From an uncultured archaeon (lineage in GTDB: Archaea; Asgardarchaeota; Lokiarchaeia; Sigyniarchaeales; SOKP01): a stretch of 12,023 bases of DNA. Positions 6,876-12,023 of the stretch are shown here, piece after piece. Position 1 is the stretch's first letter, and every line of letters starts with the position of its first letter. The notes below the pieces were generated by a model that was given only the letters and a program-made list of their open reading frames with translations, had not been told where the DNA came from and ran no database searches. The position numbers and the translations under genes are program-made. The stretch is from assembly GCA_964525635.1 (NCBI GenBank), contig CAZGJX010000114.1:1-12023 (forward strand). The letters run 5' to 3'.

Positions 6876-9800
6876 ATGAGCTCTAAAAATTTTGGTAAAC
6901 AATTGATCTCAAGATATACTGAATCAGAATGTGAAAGACAATTATTTTTAGATTTAGCTCAAATATTTCCTGAAAAATGGTATACTGACAAAAGAAAAAT
7001 TGAAAGACGTAAATATATACGCGAAAATTTATTAAAAAAATTAGGTAAAAAATATGAAGAGCTTGTTTATTCCACTCTAATAAAACTCGAAGGAATCAAA
7101 TACAATAATAATATTCTTGGACAAATTGAAGAAACCTATTTGAATCCATATTTATTTCGACAGCTATATAATGAGATGAAGAAATATAATAATCATGCTT
7201 TAATATTATTAGAACATCAATTTGAAATTCCTGAATCGTTTTTCAAATATTTATTTCCCCATAAGTCTTTAGATGATGAAATTCCTGTTAATTTTACAGA
7301 GCAAAGACCTGATATTATTATTATTGGAAATTCCTTAAGTGCATCTTTAGATCCAATTTTTGAATTAAAGCCAAAAGGAATTATCCGTGAAGTTCCTAAA
7401 GAGGAATTAAAATATCGATATGGAATAAATATAATAGATATTAAGAATGTAAGAGAAGATCATATTGGAAAGAAACAATTTGTTGAGATTTTTTATTATC
7501 TTTATACATTAAGCTATTATTTATTTGAACATAATTTGGAAGGAAAATTTTTTGTTCAGATAAAGTTTAATGGGATTTTTCCCAAATATGAAAATTATAA
7601 CTTAAATAACATTAATTCATTAAAAGATATCATAGATTTAACAGTTCAGATCCACTGGAAAGAATCATATCAACTTTTTGTTGACATTATTGAAAAAATA
7701 AGAAATCTTTGGTTAAAAAGTCCAGTTCCAATTGAATCTATTCCTGTAAATATTCAAGTTAATTGTGGATATTGTCCTTTTTTAGAGGATTGTAAAAAAA
7801 CACTTGGTATTGATGGGTATAAAGAACCTAAAGATTGGTCATTAAAATTAATTCCACATACATCTAATTCTATAGCTCAAAGGTTAAATGAATTAAAATA
7901 TATGACTATTGGTGATGTAGCTAAAAACATAAATGCTATTTCAATAGGAAATACTCCTGAACCTATTTATTCTGAATTACCATTATTAGGATTGAGAGCT
8001 AGAGCTCTTATGATAAATGAAGAGGTAAATCCTGAACCTGGAAATATTTACACATACTCACTTCCAAAATATTCATCATTTTCTGTAACTTTTGCAATAG
8101 AAACAGATCCTGCTAATGAAAGAGTGTATACTGCTGGTTTTCTTGTTGAATTATCTACTTCACCAAATGCCCCTTTTAGTGGTGTTTTTGATAATTGGTG
8201 GATTGTTTGGAAAAAATCAATTGATAATAACTATACTCCATTAAAAATTCAAAATGAATTAAATAAATATCTTACTAGGGAAATATCATTAGGAGAAGTT
8301 GGTTGGTTCCTCAATCTTATTAAAAAATTGAAAAATTTGATAATTTTACTCAAAGGGGAGGAAACAAAATCGGGAAAATTAAGAAAATCCACTAGGATTA
8401 TATATCAAATTGCTGCAGTAAATAAAAATGATACTAATGAATCCGAAGCAATATTTACAAAAGAAGTTATAAAAAAATTACATTACATAATTGAATTTTG
8501 CAATACTTTAGAAAATTATGTAGTTGTGCAGGGACTAAATTCAGGTGATTATTTTGGTCCCGCAACGAGTTTTTTTTACTGGTCAAAAAGACAGTTAGAT
8601 AATTTTCAAGATATGTTAGAAAGAAATTTAAATGAAGTGATAAATGATATCCCTATTTATAGGAAATATCTTAAAATACTCTTTTTATTTAATCCCTCTG
8701 ATTCAGAGATAACTAATCCATATCAACCTATGAAATTATTCAATGTCCAGAAGTTTTGTGAAACTGTGTTAGGACTTCCTTTAATTATAAGCTATACTTG
8801 GCATGAAATAGCACAAAAAAGATGGAATACGCTCATTAGTAAGAAATATTGGATTCCTCATTTTAATTATATGGATTCTAATAAATGGTATAAAATGCTT
8901 TTAGAAAAAGATAAGGATAAGGTTGAAAAAAAAAAAAATAATATAAAAAGACAGGTTATGCATAAAGTTAGAACAATAAATCGTCTCAGAATAGAATTTC
9001 AAATAAGGAGCAATTATAATATTTCTAAAAATGCAAATATCATCAGTAAAGATGTAATAAAAAGATCTATTTTACCGCCAGATTTCCATCCTATTGCACA
9101 AGTATGGTATTTATTCTCACGACTTACAGGGGCTATAGATCAAATGGAAAAGATAGAGATAAGAACTATGTATCCCGAATTTAGTATAGGTAAAATGAAT
9201 GCTGCTAAAGTAAGTAATCTCAAAGTTTATAAGAAGAATAACAAAACTTATAATATATTTGAGTTAAGAAATCTATCAAGTAATATGAAAATCGATATTG
9301 GAGATAGATTACTATTGATTCCCGAATTTAAACGTGATATTAGTGCAAATAGACATAAAATTCCATGGCTTATTGCTATTGATGATATTTTATGGTCATC
9401 AAAAATAAATGGATATCAAGTAAAGACTAAATCCTCTTATAATGATTTAACTGACCACTTTAGGGGAGATGAGATAAAGAAAGTAAATTTGGAAAACTTA
9501 GATTGGTACCTCTACCCGATATCTTTTGATGCATGGACAGGAAAATTATATGGTAATAATGGTTTATTAGAACGATATAATATTGGGAAATCATGGCTTG
9601 GTCAACGATTATCTTATATATGGAATATTAAATCAAAAAAAAGGATATTATGGCCTAGAAATTGGACTTTTTCGGGACCATCTTTATATTTATACTATCC
9701 TATTCTATTAAATAAAATTACGGATCATAACATAAAATTAGAAAATTCTAATTTACTAACTGATATTGATCCTATACCTGATCGTTCTCAAAAGAAAGCT

Positions 9801-11357
9801 ATAAACTTAGCATTAGAAAATTCAATTTCAGCTATTCAAGGACCTCCTGGAACAGGTAAGTCACAGACAATTGCTGCATTAGTAGATGAATATTATGAAA
9901 GGTGTATATTAAATGGAAAGAAAACTGTGCGTATTCTAATTACTGCCTTTTCTTATACAGCTCTTCGAGTCATAATTGAGAAAATACAATGCGCCCAGAA
10001 TAATTCAGGTGTTCCTACACATACATCTAAACTTCAAATGATATTTTTGAGATCACGAAATCAACCTCCTATAGAGAATAAAAATGATAACAATAATATT
10101 GATGATCTTGTACGCTACGGATCTACATGGAAACTAAATGGTAAATCTCATAGTGTTACATATACAAATCCTCTTGAAAATTCGCTTGAAGATAGCTTTA
10201 TAATGTTTGGTAATGCTCATCAATTATATTATTTACCGGAACGAGTTAATGATAATTTTTACTTTGATTTGATATGTGTTGATGAAGCAAGTCAACTTCC
10301 AGTAGATTATTTTATTTCAAGTTTACAATTTATAAAAAATAAGAAATTTAAGATAACCAAACCAGAAAAGGCAGGAGAACCAGAAAGTGAAGTTAAAAAT
10401 AAAGAAGAGATAGAAAATCTCTCTTTAGAATATGAAGAAAATGAAATTCCGTCAAAAGTTATCATTGTTGGTGATTATAATCAACTCCCTCCTGTACAAC
10501 CTGTTTCTCCCCCTAAAAATCTAAATATTATCTTGGAAAGTTTATTTGCATATTATGTAAAAAACCTTCAAATTCCAAATACCCAACTTCAAATTAATTA
10601 TAGATCAAATAAAGATATCGTTGGATTTACATCTCAACTTGGTATTTATAAAAATTTAGATGTTTATTCAGAAAATATTAATAAAACACTTTCAGGGGAT
10701 CTAGGAAAGATTAAAAAAGATTGGATAAAGGAAGTATTAGATCCGCAGAAAGTAGTTATAAGTATTATTCATGATAGAAATTATGAGATAGGGATTAGTA
10801 CTCTAGAAGCTGAAATAGTCGTTAATCTTTTAAAAGGATATTATTCTATGATTAATCCTAAAAATGAAGAAGAAGAAAGAAAATTTTGGAAAGAATATAT
10901 AGGAGTTGTAGCACCACATAATGCTCAAGGACGAGTAATAATTCGACGAATTCATTATGAACTTACGAATAATGAAGAACCAATATCAAACCTTAACAAT
11001 TCCGAATTAATGTTTTTGCTGAAAAATACAATTTATTCAGTAGAAAAATTTCAAGGTTCAGACAGAGAATTAATTATATCATCAATTGGTCTTTCTGATA
11101 GAGATCAAATATCTGCTGAAAGTGAATTTATTTATAATCTAAATAGATTTAATGTTCTTACTTCTAGAGCTAAATCTAAAGTAATTTTAATTGCCAGTAA
11201 TAGATTTCTCAAATATATTCCAAATAAAAGAGAAATAATGGAAGAATCGGCACAAATAAGAAGATTCGCTTTTGAATATTGTAATAAATCTTCTCCTATT
11301 TTGATAAAAAATGAAAAAAATAAGAATGAAAAAGTACAATTAAGATATAAAAAATAA
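6876..11357 (+). CDS. Large nuclease-helicase fusion: RecB/Cas4-like PD-(D/E)XK nuclease with 4-Cys Fe-S staple, HhH, degenerate RNase H-like domain, and Upf1/Dna2-type SF1B helicase
   Basis: Cys19 plus C297xxC300xxxxxC306; RPD146; ID188IK190; HhH-like IPHTSNSIAQRL..TIGDVA; FAIETDP. Helicase motifs Q (SQKKAI), I GPPGTGKS, Ia LITAFSYTA, II DEASQ, III VGDYNQLPPV, LQINYRS, VVAPHNAQ, V SVEKFQGSDR, VI RFNVLTSRAK. Confidence 0.9.
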   Translation: MSSKNFGKQLISRYTESECERQLFLDLAQIFPEKWYTDKRKIERRKYIRENLLKKLGKKYEELVYSTLIKLEGIKYNNNILGQIEETYLNPYLFRQLYNEMKKYNNHALILLEHQFEIPESFFKYLFPHKSLDDEIPVNFTEQRPDIIIIGNSLSASLDPIFELKPKGIIREVPKEELKYRYGINIIDIKNVREDHIGKKQFVEIFYYLYTLSYYLFEHNLEGKFFVQIKFNGIFPKYENYNLNNINSLKDIIDLTVQIHWKESYQLFVDIIEKIRNLWLKSPVPIESIPVNIQVNCGYCPFLEDCKKTLGIDGYKEPKDWSLKLIPHTSNSIAQRLNELKYMTIGDVAKNINAISIGNTPEPIYSELPLLGLRARALMINEEVNPEPGNIYTYSLPKYSSFSVTFAIETDPANERVYTAGFLVELSTSPNAPFSGVFDNWWIVWKKSIDNNYTPLKIQNELNKYLTREISLGEVGWFLNLIKKLKNLIILLKGEETKSGKLRKSTRIIYQIAAVNKNDTNESEAIFTKEVIKKLHYIIEFCNTLENYVVVQGLNSGDYFGPATSFFYWSKRQLDNFQDMLERNLNEVINDIPIYRKYLKILFLFNPSDSEITNPYQPMKLFNVQKFCETVLGLPLIISYTWHEIAQKRWNTLISKKYWIPHFNYMDSNKWYKMLLEKDKDKVEKKKNNIKRQVMHKVRTINRLRIEFQIRSNYNISKNANIISKDVIKRSILPPDFHPIAQVWYLFSRLTGAIDQMEKIEIRTMYPEFSIGKMNAAKVSNLKVYKKNNKTYNIFELRNLSSNMKIDIGDRLLLIPEFKRDISANRHKIPWLIAIDDILWSSKINGYQVKTKSSYNDLTDHFRGDEIKKVNLENLDWYLYPISFDAWTGKLYGNNGLLERYNIGKSWLGQRLSYIWNIKSKKRILWPRNWTFSGPSLYLYYPILLNKITDHNIKLENSNLLTDIDPIPDRSQKKAINLALENSISAIQGPPGTGKSQTIAALVDEYYERCILNGKKTVRILITAFSYTALRVIIEKIQCAQNNSGVPTHTSKLQMIFLRSRNQPPIENKNDNNNIDDLVRYGSTWKLNGKSHSVTYTNPLENSLEDSFIMFGNAHQLYYLPERVNDNFYFDLICVDEASQLPVDYFISSLQFIKNKKFKITKPEKAGEPESEVKNKEEIENLSLEYEENEIPSKVIIVGDYNQLPPVQPVSPPKNLNIILESLFAYYVKNLQIPNTQLQINYRSNKDIVGFTSQLGIYKNLDVYSENINKTLSGDLGKIKKDWIKEVLDPQKVVISIIHDRNYEIGISTLEAEIVVNLLKGYYSMINPKNEEEERKFWKEYIGVVAPHNAQGRVIIRRIHYELTNNEEPISNLNNSELMFLLKNTIYSVEKFQGSDRELIISSIGLSDRDQISAESEFIYNLNRFNVLTSRAKSKVILIASNRFLKYIPNKREIMEESAQIRRFAFEYCNKSSPILIKNEKNKNEKVQLRYKK
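8926..8938 (+). repeat. A13 homopolymer inside the nuclease-helicase gene
   Basis: ggttgAAAAAAAAAAAAAta, encoding E-K-K-K-N in frame. Confidence 0.9.
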
Positions 11358-11377
11358 ATTAACATATGGGATAATTT

Positions 11378-12023
11378 ATGGTAAATACAAAATTCCTTCA
11401 TATTGCTGATTTACATCTTGGTAAGAGGCAATATAATATTCATGAAAGATATAATGATTATTTTCATGTTTTTGAATGGATTTTAAATACATCTATTAAA
11501 AAAGAAGTAGATTTTATTCTAATTTCTGGGGATATGTTTGATAATAGAAAGATTGGTCCTACTGTTTTAACAGATGTATTTAATAAAATATCTGAATTTA
11601 AAAAAAAAGCCAAAAAAGTTTTAGATCGTGATATTCCTATTATATGTATCGAAGGAAATCATGATAATCCTATTTATTCAAACCAATCTTGGATGACTTT
11701 TCTTGCTGATTTGGATTTAATTATCCTTCTCTCAGGAGAATATAATAAGAAAACAAAAAAGATAATATTTAAACCATATGATGAAAAAACTCATCGTGGT
11801 GGAAAGATAAAAATAAATGGTATAACAATTTATGGACTTCCATTTTTTGGAAGCTCAACAACACATATATTTCCTCAAATTTATGATGCAATTGAAGATA
11901 ATAGTAAAGATGTTGTTATTTTAATGATGCATTTTGGAATAGCGGGATATGATCCATTAAAACCAGGAATAGAACGATCGGATAATCTGGAAAAATTAAA
12001 GGAAAAAGTAGATTATCTTGCAT
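11378..12023 (+). CDS. mre11: Mre11/SbcD family DNA repair nuclease (calcineurin-like metallophosphoesterase), 3'-partial
   Basis: Hand translation from ATG 11378 gives MVNTKFLHIADLHLGKRQY...ISGDMFD...IEGNHD...LMMHFGI...VDYLA. Motifs I-IV are present and the frame is open to the window end, just before the expected motif V GHxH. Not in the ORF track because there is no stop codon. Confidence 0.92.
   Translation, partial: MVNTKFLHIADLHLGKRQYNIHERYNDYFHVFEWILNTSIKKEVDFILISGDMFDNRKIGPTVLTDVFNKISEFKKKAKKVLDRDIPIICIEGNHDNPIYSNQSWMTFLADLDLIILLSGEYNKKTKKIIFKPYDEKTHRGGKIKINGITIYGLPFFGSSTTHIFPQIYDAIEDNSKDVVILMMHFGIAGYDPLKPGIERSDNLEKLKEKVDYLA

Noticed and set aside
6876-7800. CRISPR-associated cas4
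   Set aside because: The Cas4-like Cys pattern is fused to a helicase, and there is no cas1, cas2 or repeat-spacer array in the window.
11132-11401. 89-aa - strand ORF
   Set aside because: Overlaps both the helicase end and the mre11 start on the opposite strand; shadow ORF.
11597-11609. TTTAAAAAAAAAG as a programmed frameshift site in mre11
   Set aside because: The zero frame continues through all expected Mre11 motifs, so no frameshift is needed.

Overview
Very AT-rich archaeal DNA whose gene content points to an Asgard archaeon, probably Lokiarchaeia-like (inferred from content, not from a search). It carries three eukaryotic-signature genes within about 5.5 kb: a Rab-like small GTPase, a stand-alone longin-like protein and a Roadblock/LC7 protein. 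Interspersed metabolic genes are a DUF362 protein that appears to lack its ferredoxin tail, a HAD-IIA phosphatase, a CTP-dependent lipid/isoprenoid kinase-family membrane protein and a URO-D-fold protein. The right 43% of the window holds the best candidate for an undescribed system. It is a 1493-aa Dna2/TM0106-like fusion (Fe-S-stapled PD-(D/E)XK nuclease, HhH, degenerate RNase H/DEDD-like domain, SF1B helicase), followed 20 bp later by an Mre11/SbcD nuclease that runs off the window and is absent from the ORF track. No RNA genes, CRISPR arrays or transposases were recognised.
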